DNA of 64,000 bases, taken from positions 226,982,001 through 227,046,000 of the forward strand of contig OZ024741.1 in the NCBI GenBank assembly GCA_964016885.1. Reading direction: 5' to 3'. Of the stretch, positions 42,773 to 57,576 are shown one piece after another. The notes beneath the pieces are model-generated. The model was given only the letters and a program-made list of their open reading frames with translations, was not told the DNA's origin and did not search any database. The position numbers were made by a program, and so were the translations under genes. The stretch's first letter is position 1; the number at the start of each line of letters is the position of its first letter. The stretch comes from Eledone cirrhosa (Eukaryota).

Positions 42773-42911
42773 TCTCTCTCTGAATAACTAACACTTTAAT
42801 TGTATTTCGCTCTGTCTAACGGCCTATCTCTCTCTTTTCTCCTCCTGTTTTTCTGTCTCTCTCTGTAGATGTGTGTGTAGTTTTCCTAATCTTTCTCTCT
42901 CTCTCTCTCTT

Positions 42912-42980
<69 letters not shown>

Positions 42981-43090
42981 GTGTATGTATATATTGAAGG
43001 GAGATACGGAAACTAAAACAGTGTTGTCATATAGAGAGTGAAGAGCGACAGAGAGATTAAAGCAGTTAAATTATAGAGAGGGGAATGATC

Positions 43091-43123
<33 letters not shown>

Positions 43124-44050
43124 AAGTATAGATATGTGTATGTATGTGTGTGTGTGTGTGTGTGTTTGTGTATGCGTATGTGTTTATGTATGTGTGTATG
43201 TGCATGTGTGTGTCTGTGTGTTTTGTTTTGATGTTATCCGGCAATTGGCGAAATCAGGTGTGAAAGTATGTGTATTTGTGTGTGTGTATGTGTGTGCTAC
43301 TTATGCGAGCGACGATAGAAAAAGTGTGTGGGATACTTACATTATTATATTTGTCTGTATTTTCGTTCTGCAACCATTATATTATGATAGGGCGGTGGAT
43401 TGGCAGTATCGGGAGAGAGTCGGACGCCATGCTTTCCAGCATAGTTACGTCCCTTTACGGTCTGAGTTCAAATCCCGTCGAGGTTAACTTTGCCTTTCAT
43501 CCTTACAGGGTCGATGAAATAAAGTACCAGTAATGTACTGGATATTTGCTGGCCTTGTGCCAAAAGTAGAAACAATTATATTATGATATTTGTATCCAAA
43601 TGATTTTAGATGTATGTATTACCTGCTTGCCCATCCCTCTGTTTCTCTTTCCCTGTCTCTCTCTCTCCTCTCTCCTCTCTCTCTTTAGATGTGTGTGTGT
43701 GTGTAGTTTTCCTAATATGTCTCTTTCACTCTCTGTCTCTCTAAGAGTGTTGCCTTTTGATGCATGTATTACCTGCTGTCATATAGAGAGTGAAGAGAGA
43801 CAGAGAGTAAAGCAGTTAAATTATAGAGAGGGTGAAAGAGGGAGAGAGAGAGAGATACGACGCTCAGCTTTATAATATTTGGGAGTGAAGAGCGACAGAG
43901 AGAGTAAAGCAGTTAAATTATAGAGAGGGGGATGATCTTTTATAGAGAGAGGGAAGAGCGACGGAGAGAGTAAAGCTAAGAAACTATAGGGAGGTGTGTA
44001 GGATACATACATAATACATACACACGACATCAGCTTTATAATATTTCAAA
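42590..44050. repeat. Purine/pyrimidine-skewed repeat block with re-used ~60-bp units and a SINE at 43389-43580
   Basis: gagtgaagagcgacagagag..aaagcagttaaattatagagag near 43035, 43787 and 43883. Confidence 0.6.
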
Positions 44051-45097
44051 TATATATACTTATGGTTTAGTCAGAAGGAACGCCATCTGTCCATAATCTC
44101 CATAAATCTTCTGGGATTGCTGATATTGATAAAATTGGTGTTCAATTTGAAAACCCGTAAGTCGATGTATGTAATGGAAATGTGAGCGGGGAGATATTTT
44201 CAGAAAGTTGACAATTGGAGTGAAAAGGATTGAAGAAATACTAGAGTAGACATAATATCAATTCCCAACGGGTCCGATGCTGCTTTCACGCTTCCGGTGT
44301 TGATAAAATATATAGTAGTCTCAAACACTGCTATCGATTTGAGAGACTAGAACAAATTCCTGAAGAAATGTGTCTTTGTGCTAAATCTAGAAATCAATAT
44401 TCAATAAAGAAAAATAAGAATGATAAAAATACATGAATTGAAAAAAGAAATTTGTATATATAAAATACAATTTTGTTTAAAATTCTAATATACGTGACCA
44501 GTCGATTTTAATCTTATAATGTGTAGCGTTTGACCTGAAGTTACTAGCAGATGTTGCCAAATGATCATGCCGTACGTTGTTTTGTTAATCTGTCGGCTGA
44601 TTATATAATAGGACGTGTTGGACAGTGAAAATATCTCCTCATTAAGACTTTCGATTTAATTGTGCACAAAAGCAAAACAAGAGTCACGTGTCTGCTGGTC
44701 TTCAAGCAAGTCGAATATTTTTCACAAATAGGCTTCGACATATATGGCAGATGATATTACTTATGAAACACTGTACTTATTTTTGTCTTTTTTTTTTGTC
44801 TATGCTTTTCTTTTTTCTCTTGCAATACTTGCATTATGCATAGATTTTTTTATGATGAATGAATTTAAGTAAAAAAAAAACAAAAAACATCTATGAATAA
44901 TGATGAAATCAAAATCTATAGTCGGGGGAGATTGTTTTTTTTTGTTTTTGTTTTCTTGAATATATTTCTGAAAGAAATGTCTCGTATCAGCCGATATCGT
45001 CTTTTTATCTTGTAATTTGTAATTATTTTATAACAAGTCTCCAGAGTTACAGCTGGTCAAATTATTCGTCCGAGAGAAACGTATAAATAAATACTGT

Positions 45098-45170
45098 CAA
45101 CCCGTCTAACGCATGCTAGCCTGGAAGAACGGACGTACAACGGGGATGATGATGATGATGATGATGATGA
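45098..45170 (+). mobile_element. SINE/LINE 3' tail ending in (GAT)n
   Basis: aacccgtctaacgcatgctagcctggaagaacggacgt..gatgatgat resembles the octopus SINE tail as I recall it. Confidence 0.45.
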
Positions 45171-45186
45171 TTATATATATATATAT

Positions 45187-48100
45187 AAAGTTCAGTAAAG
45201 TTGCGAAATCAACTATATCTTTTAACAAAGTGAGGTTTAAGCTCAATGTGAGTTGATAATCAGTCGATCATCTGGAGTTAATCTAATGTTTACGGTCTAC
45301 TCACTGCTTGGTTATATTATTCACAGGGCATATATTGCTAAACGTATAGTTGTTTTCTCAACTTTTCTGAACTTTTATATAACTGCTCTACCGTGTTGAG
45401 CTTCATTATCGAGTTTGGCAAAGATGCTGATGAAAGACCACCTACCCTTGTCACTGAAGTGCATATTAGTGCCGGACAGGAAACTTTATTGGAAACACCT
45501 TATTAGCAGTATTAACCTTTTCATTAGGAGAGTCAGATGGAGAATCTTTCACTATAAGAAACCGTGTGACCATGATGGCAGCAACTCTCGAGCACATAGT
45601 CTTTGATTTCGCACCTTCAAAAACCCTCCTCATAATCCTAGTCTGGATACGTTTGAAAATGAACTGTTAGACTTGATTAAGAACATTAAATTTTGAAAAA
45701 AACGTCTTATAATAATCGATTCTTGAAGAAATTGAACTCTACTATTAACTTTTAAAAAAAACAACATAAGATAATACAAATTCTAGTCGATAAAACTAAA
45801 AATATCTATAGCATGAGCTTTGAAACCTACAAATTCTTCATAAATAGAGAATTAAGTAAATATTATAGAAAAACAACCCAGTGAGAATTTAATAGAGGTC
45901 AATAGACAGAGTAAACTTTTGATTGAACAATTAGATTTTGATGAGTACACTGAACCTTAAAACTCGAAATCTCATAGGTTCACTCTTAAGTACCATAAAC
46001 ATAATTTTAATAACAACCCGTCTATCGGGCTAATATGTTCTACAACTTCAGATGTGGGTAGAATTAGCAAAAATATCCTGAATATAATTATCCCAATCAT
46101 CAGTAAAGAGACAACCCTTAACTTATGGGGAACACCAATCAAGTAATTAATTGGTTTAGCTACCTCGATAGAAAGCCTGACATTAAATTTGTTCAGTTTG
46201 ATAGGGACAACTATTATACTTCTATTTCCCCTAACCAAGTAAAGAAAGCTCTTAAGATGACCAAATAATACACTAATATCACTAAGCCATAAATACACAT
46301 TGAATTGGGTACTAGACGCACCATAATAGAATTTGATGGTAGTCTCCAGACAAGGAAAATCGCCCAAATTACTTCGAAATCACTATGAAGTCGAACGATT
46401 CTGCGCAGGTCACCGACTTAGTTGGGCTACCCCTGCTTATTAATTTAATCAAGGAATTCCCTGCTATAGAAGATGGCGTATACAGAGATTATGCTTAATT
46501 TTCCTTCATAAGTATTAGCAACTCCTGGATCGGAAGGATTAAAAAGCGTATGCACAGATTCTTCAAAACATATAACTTAGGTATAACCATAGATAATAGC
46601 ACTAGAGTAGTCAACGCGGAATCGAATAGGCCTTACTGCAAGCCTGCTGAGTCCTTCTACTATATACATTGGAACTCTAACCAACCGAAAGCTATTATTA
46701 GATCTGTCATTAAAAACGTATAGGGTAGGATCTCAATACTTTCTGATAATGAGCAGACTTTCTATTTTAATACTCAATACTACAATGAAGCCCTTGCGAG
46801 ATCAAGCAGTACTGAGAAAATATGCTTCAGCCCAAGCATTTACGCTTCATAATGCACCATAACATACAGTAGCCATAGTAATCATAGTAACAATAGCTTT
46901 AATAATGGATCTGGGAAATTAGTAAAATCCAATATGTCTAATAACAATAAAAGGTCTATCTTCAAACTAACCACACGTCTGTCGATCTCTAAGCATGTAA
47001 TTAGGAATATGAACCACAGTTTAAGCACTAGCTCCCTCATCGTAAACCTAATATATATAATGAACCTCGTAATAAAAAATATAAATGGTATCCCAGACCA
47101 CTATGACAATACTCTTAATAATAGTTATGGACCACATATAGATAACTTGCAGAAAAAAAAGAATAATAGAAAAAAATGCATCTGGTTCAACCCCCCCCCC
47201 CCCCCCCCCCCTTATGGAGTCCAGATCACTTCTGATATAACTATATATTCTTTGGCATAGTTGAGAGAAACTTCCCATTAGATCATAAATATTATAAAAT
47301 AATTAACAAAAGTACCATAAAATAATTAACAAAAGAAAACCATCTTTCTCGGCTACACCTAATATGGAAGACTTTCTAGCACTCCATAATAATAGAAAAA
47401 TTCCAATGTACGTATCTAAACTAACTACTCTAGTTAACTGTGATACCCAAACAAGCCCCACCCTCCGATCAGTATTTCAGATCGACTAATAGTAAGACAC
47501 CCATTAATAACCTAATTAGTGAAACTAATAGTAAGACGGCCATTAATAATTAATAGTAAGACGGCCATTAATAACCTAATTAGTGAAACGGATCATTTAG
47601 TATGTCTGCATACTAATGGATTAGTAAATGATAATATAACCAAATTTAGTACACTTAATAGTAGCCACCACGTAAAAAGGGACTACAATTATAGGGGTCC
47701 TGATTCTTTCCTCTTTAGGGGACATGCCTGAAAAGCAACGAGGTATATAAATGCGAGATCTCCACTAATAATTGTTTCTACTTTTGGCACAAGACCAGCA
47801 ATTCACCAGTTACATTACTGGTACTTTATATTATCGACCTCGTAAGGATGAAAGGCAAACTTAACCTCGGCGGGATTTGAACTCAGTCTGTAAAGGGATA
47901 TAACTATGCTGGGAAAGCATGGCGTCCGATTTTCTACCGATACTGCCAATCCACCCTAATAATAACACTCCTACCTAGGAGCCTCTATTTGCTTCAAGAT
48001 GAGTTTCAACTCGCAGATCCACTCTTTCAAGAACGAGAAACTAAGATACACTACTTCTCTATCTACTTGAAAAGTAAAAACATCAACTACACTCTTAAAT

Positions 48101-48727
48101 GGGAAACCGAATCGTGTAGGACGGAAAAATTGTGGGGTTTTTTCGGGGGGGGGGGGGGGGGGTGACAGAGGCGCTGGAAATAGTCACATCAAATATCGCC
48201 CTGATAAACTCAAAGAATGAAATTATCTCTTCATTCAACAATGAAATGTTCCAATCGTTATACCACAAAACCTTCGATCCGAGTTGAATGCAATTCTGAG
48301 GGTGTATATTCGTTAAGGATATCTAGAGTATTTCTTATCTCTCCTAATGTTCCTTCCCCTACCTGTCACCCTTTTCCAATAATAACCTATATTTATATCT
48401 TATCCTTTCGTTTTATTTTTATTTTATCTTTATTTTTACTATTACTTTTTTTATTTGGGTCACCGTAACCCATTTGATTACTACCCTAATTAGACTCTAA
48501 GTGTGGTTATCCCCCCCCCTAACCTTAGGTAGTCGCTAGGTCTTTATGACATTTACACCAGCTTATATGGACTATTACTATGCAAAACGTAAGGTAATAT
48601 TTTAGTAATGTTAATTGAAATGTTTATAGACTCTGAGGAGCTGGATTTAATGAGAACGTACTGCACGTTCTCATTTAGCCTGGTGAAACATGTCGGTCAA
48701 TTAAATATACAATTAACAACTTTGGTT

Positions 48728-48730
<3 letters not shown>
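45187..48730 (+). mobile_element. Old, near full-length PLE family 7 (Nematis-like), interrupted by a SINE at 47768-47958
   Basis: FIRRVRWR, VDKTKNIY, TLKYHKHNF.NNP, GVYRD, WFNPP, HKYYKIIN in broken frames; short 5' inversion (45187-45218 vs 45345-45378). Confidence 0.8.
48629..48698 (+). ncRNA. Canonical hammerhead ribozyme (family 7 pLTR)
   Basis: gact CTGAGGA gctgg..aatgagaacgt-actgc-acgttctcatt..ctggt GAAA catg TC ggtc. Confidence 0.85.
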
Positions 48731-48786
<56 letters not shown>

Positions 48787-49560
48787 CTTGCTGTTTTTCC
48801 AACCTTCGGTTTGCTTTTCCTTCTGTTGTTTACTTGTCTCACTCGCTTTACGCGTTTCACTTGTCGCAATAGCTTATTTTAGTTATTGCTCGTACCAACC
48901 TGAGGTATCTGATTTTTAATGTGATGAAATACCAATGATGGTTGGCAAATCACTGATGAGGGACTGATTTTATAATATGTAATCCATGTGCAACCATGCA
49001 GTATTCTTCTCCCCTTGTTTTTCATATATATTTACCTAAACTGCGATTATCTGTTTCTCTCTTTCTCTCTTACTGCTCCCCCGTTCTCTCTGTTTCTCCT
49101 ACCTTCTTTCGCCCCCTCTGTCAGTTAACACTTTCTCTCGACTGACCTCTTCCTCGCACTTCCACTCACTCACTCTCTGTTTCTCCCCTTCTCACTTCCT
49201 CCCGTTCGCTAGTAGTGGGGTTCCTTCTTTCTCACACCGCATTCACGGCGTACGGTCTGCTTCTCTGACCGCTCATGAAATTCACCCAGCTTATGCTGAT
49301 CGGATAACTATCATGATTACTTGCTGTTTTCCCAACCTTCGGTTTGCTTTTCCTTCTGTTGTTTACTTGTCTCACTCGCTTTACGCGTTTCACTTGTCCC
49401 AATAGCTTATTTTAGTTATTGCTCGCACCAACCTGAGGTATCTGATTTTTAATGCGATGAAATACCAATGATGGTTGGCAAATCACTGATGAGGGACTAA
49501 TTTTATAATATGTAATCCATGTGCAACCATGCAGTATTCTTCTCTCCTTGTTTTTCATAT
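48787..49560 (+). repeat. Non-coding partial-tandem element: ~240-bp direct repeats, period 533 nt
   Basis: 48787-49030 matches 49320-49560; a 3'-end fragment also occurs at 40757-40795. Confidence 0.85.
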
Positions 49561-49743
49561 ATATATATATATAAGTTTTAATATAGAAGAGCTTCTATAT
49601 TAAAACTTTGCTATGTATTGAGTACCTTACTTACTGTGGTTACCTCCGATTCAACCCGGAATAACTTATATATATATATATATTAGAAAGTGAGGTTTTA
49701 TTACAAAATGAAAAAAAGAGAGGTGTCCTACACGCGTGAAAGT

Positions 49744-50033
49744 ATAAGGAAAAAAGATGAAATCGAAAATGCAACTGGAGTCTTTTTTTTTATAAAAATA
49801 TATATTTATTTGCTTCCTTTACCGGTTTCGCATTTCTTCTGTTTTTCAAAAGTAGAATTAAGATGGAAGGTTTGTGGTTTTTCTCACAGATGTGAGAAAA
49901 ACCACAAACCCTCCATTCCAATTCTACTTTTGAAAAGCAGAAGAACTGCGAAACCGGTAAAGGAAGCAAATAAATATATATTTTTATGAAAAAAGACTCC
50001 AGTTGCATTTTCGATTTCATCTTTTTTCCTTAT
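49744..50033. repeat. ~290-bp near-perfect palindrome (2-nt loop at ~49889)
   Basis: Arms ataaggaaaaaagatg...ctcaca / tgtgag...catcttttttccttat. Confidence 0.9.
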
Positions 50034-50215
50034 ATATATATATATATATACTTTAGATAAATTGAGCTCCTATGCTTTTGTTGAGCTTTTAATATGTTGA
50101 ATAGACATGGCTGCTATTTTTTAGTAGCTTACGCTCTATTCGACCTGCTAAGCACACGATACCATGTGCGATTTCTCTCTCTAATGAAATTAGTAGTGGG
50201 GTGATTACTGATCCG

Positions 50216-50295
50216 AACATCCACTGAAGAGCATTGGATTTTTAACTCTCTCCACTGAATTGCAAAGCAGTTCTACCCAAAGCTGTCTGGATGTT
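50216..50295 (+). ncRNA. Decayed or variant hammerhead
   Basis: aacatcca CTGAAGA gca...tgc AAAG cagtt..agctg TC tggatgtt (8-bp stem I). Confidence 0.65.
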
Positions 50296-50429
50296 GATAG
50301 TTATCATAATCGGTTTGTAAATCTTTATCCTTTTATCTTTAGTATTTGTTTCACCCTGGCAGTTTTTGTCCCTTGTGATTTGACCGCATATATGTATATA
50401 TCTGTGTTTGTCTCTCTTTATGGTATATA

Positions 50430-50508
<79 letters not shown>

Positions 50509-50751
50509 CCAAAGATTAATATGGTTCGTTGATTACTCAATGAATACAATTTTACAATTCAACAAAAAAGTTTTCCTGGAGTTTTTAATATTATTCAAAA
50601 TATTAACAAATGAAAGATATTGACATAATCAAAATATATGCTTTATTATATATATTTCAAAGGTACTGTGCTGTTTTTTTTTCTGTACGTCTTCATCAGA
50701 TAAAATATATAATTTGATATACGACATACCGCTACGGTCTTGATTATACTG

Positions 50752-51592
50752 GAATTCTAGCGGCTTCCCGCCTACATTGGTAATCTTCTCTGGCTTCTTA
50801 ATATTCTCTACCAGATACTTCGTCTTAATTTCATTCATTTTCAGCCCCACACTCATCGACACAGTCTCCACCTCCTGCATCAAATCCTCTGCCTCCTTCA
50901 CTGTGATTGTCACCAGAACTATGTCGTCGGCAAATTCAGCATCCGATATCTTTTTCACCTTAACTCTCCTGCTCTGAGCTAGTGTTACAGTAAAGCCAGA
51001 GTCCTGATGTTTCTCCAGTGCAAGGCGCATACAATAGTCCACTACGATGATAAAAAGGTAGGGAGCCAATGTATCTCCCTCGAGCACTCCAGCCAGTATC
51101 GCAAAGAACTCCGCATCCCATCAGGTGTAATGACTTGGGCTTTGGTGTTGGTGTAGAGCAGTGATATCAGGTCCACTATCTTCTTGGGGATTCCATAAGC
51201 CTGTAAGATCTTCATCAGGCAGTGACGGTCCACAGAATCAAAGGCCTTCCTGAAGTCAATGAAACCATGACTGCAGGAAGGTTCTTTGCTCTAGCTCCCT
51301 CTAATATCCTCCTCAGCGTCAGGATGTGACTGGTGGTTGATCTTCCCTCTCTGAAGCCGTTCTGGTTGTCCCTGAGCTTCTTCTCCATCTCGGGCTGGAT
51401 CCTGTTAAGTATCATCCTGTTGAGGGTCTTTGCCACAAGTGACGTCAGTGAGATTGCCCTGTAGTTGGTGGTGTTAGAGTGACCTCCCTTCTTTGGCACT
51501 GGGACGATGTTACTGATCCTCCACTGATTTGGAGCAACTCTTTTCTCCAGTGCCTGGTTACAGAACCTCTTCATCACCTCTGATGCCACTCC
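50752..51592 (-). pseudogene. RTE/RTEX-clade RT fragment
   Basis: PVPKKG, NYRAISL, NQNGFREGRST, DFRKAFDS, LEGDTLAPYLF, FADD. Confidence 0.88.
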
Positions 51593-52545
51593 ATATATAT
51601 TGGGCAAAGGAAGAGAAACAGTAGCCATGACCCTTTAATGTCCGCCCGGATTACTGTGAAATAAATGCAGTCGGTCGCCGACGTCCAACCGGAACGTCTA
51701 TCTACATATCAATGTCAGAACGCTTGCTCAGCTAAAAGTACCTAAAATCCAAGTGCTGTGGCTGTTGTTGTTTACACTCAAATAAGCTCTTGATCGAGGA
51801 GTAAACTTGTGATAAAAAATCTTCTAGCCATGATCATCTTGTCTTTCTTTTTTATTTTTTGGTAATATTGTACCCCAAACAACATCCAATGTATTTCTTT
51901 TTATACACTACGCTGTGGTTTAAAGATGATTTGGCTGATATTTCTAGAAAATCAAGTAACCACATTACAAAATCCCACCAAATTCTTGGTGAGTTTCAAA
52001 TTTAATTGAATATCTTTAGCAGTTTCTTTCAATGGAAATATAATAAGGAAAAGGTTAAACAAAGAATAGTATATTGGACAATGTAAATCCTTATTAATAA
52101 AAAAGAAACGACAAACAAAAGAAAGAACAGTGGTATGTTCATTACTGGAACACAATCATGGCTGCTCGATCAGGATTTAACTAGAGCTGAATGACAAGAA
52201 CAACATTTATCACAACAATGTAATTTGTTTCGCTATTGAAAACTTTGTTAATATTTGTTAAAGGTGGGTGAATGTTGCGATGATGGCCCTAGAGGATTCT
52301 ATGCATGCGCCTGATGCTGGAGAATTTAGAGCGGAGAGGGGCAGATTCCTGTGGTGCTCTTGGCTATCGGGGTGATTTTGTATCTATTGCGTTCCTAAAT
52401 TACTCGCTGGTTGGTGATACCCTCTATAGGGGAATTCTGTTGTAATTTTTTCCTTTTACTTAACCTGTTTTGTTTTGTTTTTTCTGTTTGCGCAAATCTT
52501 CACTGTCCCTGTTCATTTGTATTATCCTTTGTGTTTCATTCTTAA

Positions 52546-52567
52546 TCTATATATATAAAACTGAGGA

Positions 52568-52600
<33 letters not shown>

Positions 52601-53260
52601 CTGTGAGTTTGAATCCCTAAACCTCGAGAAGTACCCAACCGAATTTTTTCAAACTTTACATGTGTATTACTTGTATTACATGTACGTGTATTACATGTGT
52701 ATTACTTGTATTACATGTACGTGTATTACATGTGTATTACTTATTACTTGTTGAATAAAATTCAACTTTTTAATCCGCTAGGACCCGCATTAGGTGAAAA
52801 ACTGCGTTTTTTTCAGCTTTTTAGGCGTTTTTTGAGGCGTTACGTCAGACCGATTTCCTTGAAAATGTAACTATGTATTACTTAGTCTCTTCGTCATACC
52901 GTGAGCAAATAAAATCCAACTTTTTTTATCGCCTAGGGCTCGCATTAGGTGAAAAACTTCATTTTTTCAGCTTTTTAGGGCTTTTTGAGGCGTTACGTCT
53001 AGCCGATTTTCCCGAAATTTCAAGGCATATTATGCACATTAAAAAAATTCATTTTCTTGATCCCCTATGGCCCGCATTAGGTGAAAACCTGCATTTTTCC
53101 TGCTTCATTGAGGAAAATCTTAAAGATTATCCAGCCATCAGAGTATTCGGTTTATTTTCTTTACATATTGTCCAGGTATGCAGTTTTTCCACGATTAGGT
53201 CTGTTGGCGGCCCGCGTTCCAAAATACCTTATCCCGTGCAAAGCCGGGTACCACTGCTAT
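52546..53260 (+). mobile_element. Non-autonomous Helitron
   Basis: A|TCTATATATATAAAA start, internal tandem subrepeats, 3' hairpin cccg..cggg followed by CTAT. Confidence 0.7.
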
Positions 53261-53806
53261 GGCCAATAAAAAGATTAATATTTTAGTCGTTGTTCTTCTG
53301 TCTTTTATATTCTGCTTTTTTTGTTTCTCGGATTTTGTCTGATTCTTCCTATTTTGACTTCGTACAGATACTCCTCTAATGCTTTAATGTATTCCACTTT
53401 TTTCTTCCTTAAACACATAATGGTTTAAACACATAATGGTTTCTAATTTAGACACAAGGCCAGCAATTTAGGGGAAGAGTTAGTTGATTAAATCGACTCC
53501 AATACTTGACTAGTACTTTATTTTGTCGACGAATTGATAACACAGGCAAAATGGTTGAAAGTTCGTAATACGTCTTTGATCCTGCGTTGTATACATGGCA
53601 AAAATGAAAGATCTCATTGGCTCTGCTCAGCGAGATTAAAGTAGGCCTATTGTATAGAGTTTTTAGAGAGTCGGATATAAAATGCCTCAGTATATGTTTA
53701 GCTCACTGGGCTCAGAGTTCAGATTCCGCCGAGGTTAACCAAAAGCAGAAACAATTATTTTGGCATCGATAAATAAAGTACCAATCCAGTACTACGGTCG
53801 ATTCTT

Positions 53807-53889
<83 letters not shown>

Positions 53890-54766
53890 TTAGTAGAAAT
53901 CGACTATGTTCCAACCTAGCGAGGTGTGTGCTTCATACTGTTTTAAAATGTTATGGTGCCTGTACATCTCCAGCAGTAGCTAAGGACTCTTTACAACTCT
54001 ATCTTCGTTCCACAGATATAGTTTGATCCATGCGTGACTATTTATGGCTGTTTTTTTTTTTCTTAGATAGATAACATGAAATCAAAGTCTTACAAATGAT
54101 AGGTCATTTAATCTTATCCCCCTCACCCACAGTCACTAACCCTTCCCACATATAAATACAGTGATCGCTTTTGGAATTTTGACAAAGTTTCGCCATGCCT
54201 TTGAGATGCAGCTGTCTACAAAAATATATGGTTGTACAAAGAAATGATATAGAGAATTTGTGCTTTACAAATAAAAAAAAACGCATTGTCTATTGCATAT
54301 ATATTAGACAGGAAGTAATACTACATTATAGGGACAATTGCCAGAATTATTCTAAACATCCAACAGTTTGTATGAATAGAGAATAGCATAAGTTACTTAT
54401 TGATTCGAAGAAGAAAATGAAATTTTCATTTGGCAGTTATGTTAGTGATAAGAAATGAATGGAGACAAGCAGACGACAGTAAAAACGTTACATACCTAGA
54501 GTAATAAGATTTATTATTTAAGGTGATGAAGTTAGTAAATTTAGTTAATAGATAACTAGAAGTAAGTTTAACCATTTTTCTAATTTTACTTTTACAGTTT
54601 AACTTGTATAACGTCTATTCTAACCTTATATAAAGGGAAGTTACTCAAGAAAGAAATAAAATAACAAAAAATGCTATGAAGTGTGTTTCAATTAATTGAT
54701 TTTATTTCAAAAATGTTGGGAGAAATGAAGCTTGGACGTCTTATATCACACACACACACACAGAGA

Positions 54767-56030
<1,264 letters not shown>

Positions 56031-57554
56031 TTTAACTGAGGTACCCAATTTCGCCCGGGTAAACAGATAAGATAAGATCGGTAGAAAAGAAATGACTGCA
56101 TTGGATGCATTGTCTGGTTTACAGTCTGGACGAGAATGTAGTGTATGTGTGTGTGTGACAAAACAAAAACAGTAAAAAATCCTCCAGATACACCAGATTC
56201 TTCGTTTTACTGTTCGCGCATAGTATATGAAAATTTCTAGGTATTTCCACTCATGAACAACTTATATATAACTGTCCATGGGTAAAAACTGATTCTCTAG
56301 TACTCAATCCTACAACTTTGAGACTCTGACCCTGAGCTTTATTTATGGTCATAGAAAAACTGACTCTAACAGGGAACTGAAGTCTTAAGAATTTGAATGA
56401 CAGTTTAGTAGAGGAAAGGATGTGAGGAATCTTGGGAATAAATGCACTTTCTCCTTCGTGTTTGCCTCCAAGAGTAGTGATCTCTAGGAGATGGTTCATC
56501 ATCTGCTTGAAGAGTTAAGTGTGTCTGCCATTGCCTAGACTTGGTTGGTCCACGTTTCTGAAAAGGATGATAGGAGTTCCAATCTTTTATACTATACTAG
56601 CAGTAGGACCCGGCGCTGTATAGGGTAGGAAACATGAAATAGCAACACGCATATGCAAATATTGAGGAATGTAGCTGTGTACTTTTTGAATTCCCTTATT
56701 CTCAGGGATTGAGGAGCGACGTAGTCAATTGTGTGAAAACCAAGTAGAGATGTACGTTTAAGTGGGGATATTGAGATGACCAAATCATCGTGGCAACACA
56801 GCAGCAACAGAAGGGGGTCATAGTGCAATTAGCATAAACGCTGGGCAACACTGGTTGCACTGCGTTTACACAGCAACAAAGGTGTCACCGCGGAATTAGC
56901 TCAACCGCTGTTCGGCGTACTTGCGTAGGGTGTTCATACTGCGGTGCAGGTGCAACAAAAAGGGTCTTAGTAGAAGTAGCACAGACGTGAGTTTTACGGT
57001 GTTAATAACACGGCAACGTACACAGGGCCCGGGTTTGCGCGTGATGAAAGCACGAAGCGTCAACAGGACGCCGACAAACATTTTAAGGTCCTCCTCATTT
57101 CCTCAATCCCCCGAAAATGGTCCTGCTTAAAAGTAAGTGCTGTGTCCTCTGTTAAAATCCAAACTTTTTACGAAATATTATACGCTACTTACGATGTTTA
57201 AGTAGCGTTTATATTGAAAATGAAAATGGCATGTAATGCCCAATGCTAATTCGTAAATTTCCTAGAAACCATTAATGGAATCGGAAATTGTTTTTGTCTA
57301 AAGCAATGCAAGGGGACTAACTAATGTGTGCTGCAAATTTCGAGAAAATCGGCTGGATTATCTTTAAGTTATGCCTCAAAAAACCCTAAAATGCCTTTAA
57401 AATACCTATGGCAGAAAAAGTTAAAATGTTTTTAGCCCATTGCACTCCAAGAAATATAAGTAACGCATGTGTAAAGTTTGAAAAAGATTAGTCGGGTACT
57501 ACTCGAGTTTTAGGGATTTACACAGACAGACATCCTCTGTTATATATATAGAGA
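56031..57554 (-). mobile_element. Composite Helitron: non-autonomous unit 56597-57554 plus helicase C-terminal fragment and a second 3' end
   Basis: TC(TA)n start at 57554; hairpin + CTAG at 56597-56626; second hairpin at 56042-56061. Confidence 0.75.
56175..56590 (-). pseudogene. Helitron Pif1-like helicase C-terminus
   Basis: KIGTPIILFRN..NG, AFIPKI, RLQFPVRVSFSMTINKAQGQSL, VFTHGQLYISCS, TKNLVY. Confidence 0.9.
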
Positions 57555-57576
57555 TTACATATGTATATATGTATAT

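Noticed and set aside
48920-48970. SECIS or C/D-box snoRNA reading of the UGAUGA/CUGA-rich segment
   Set aside because: Helix pairing and box order do not fit
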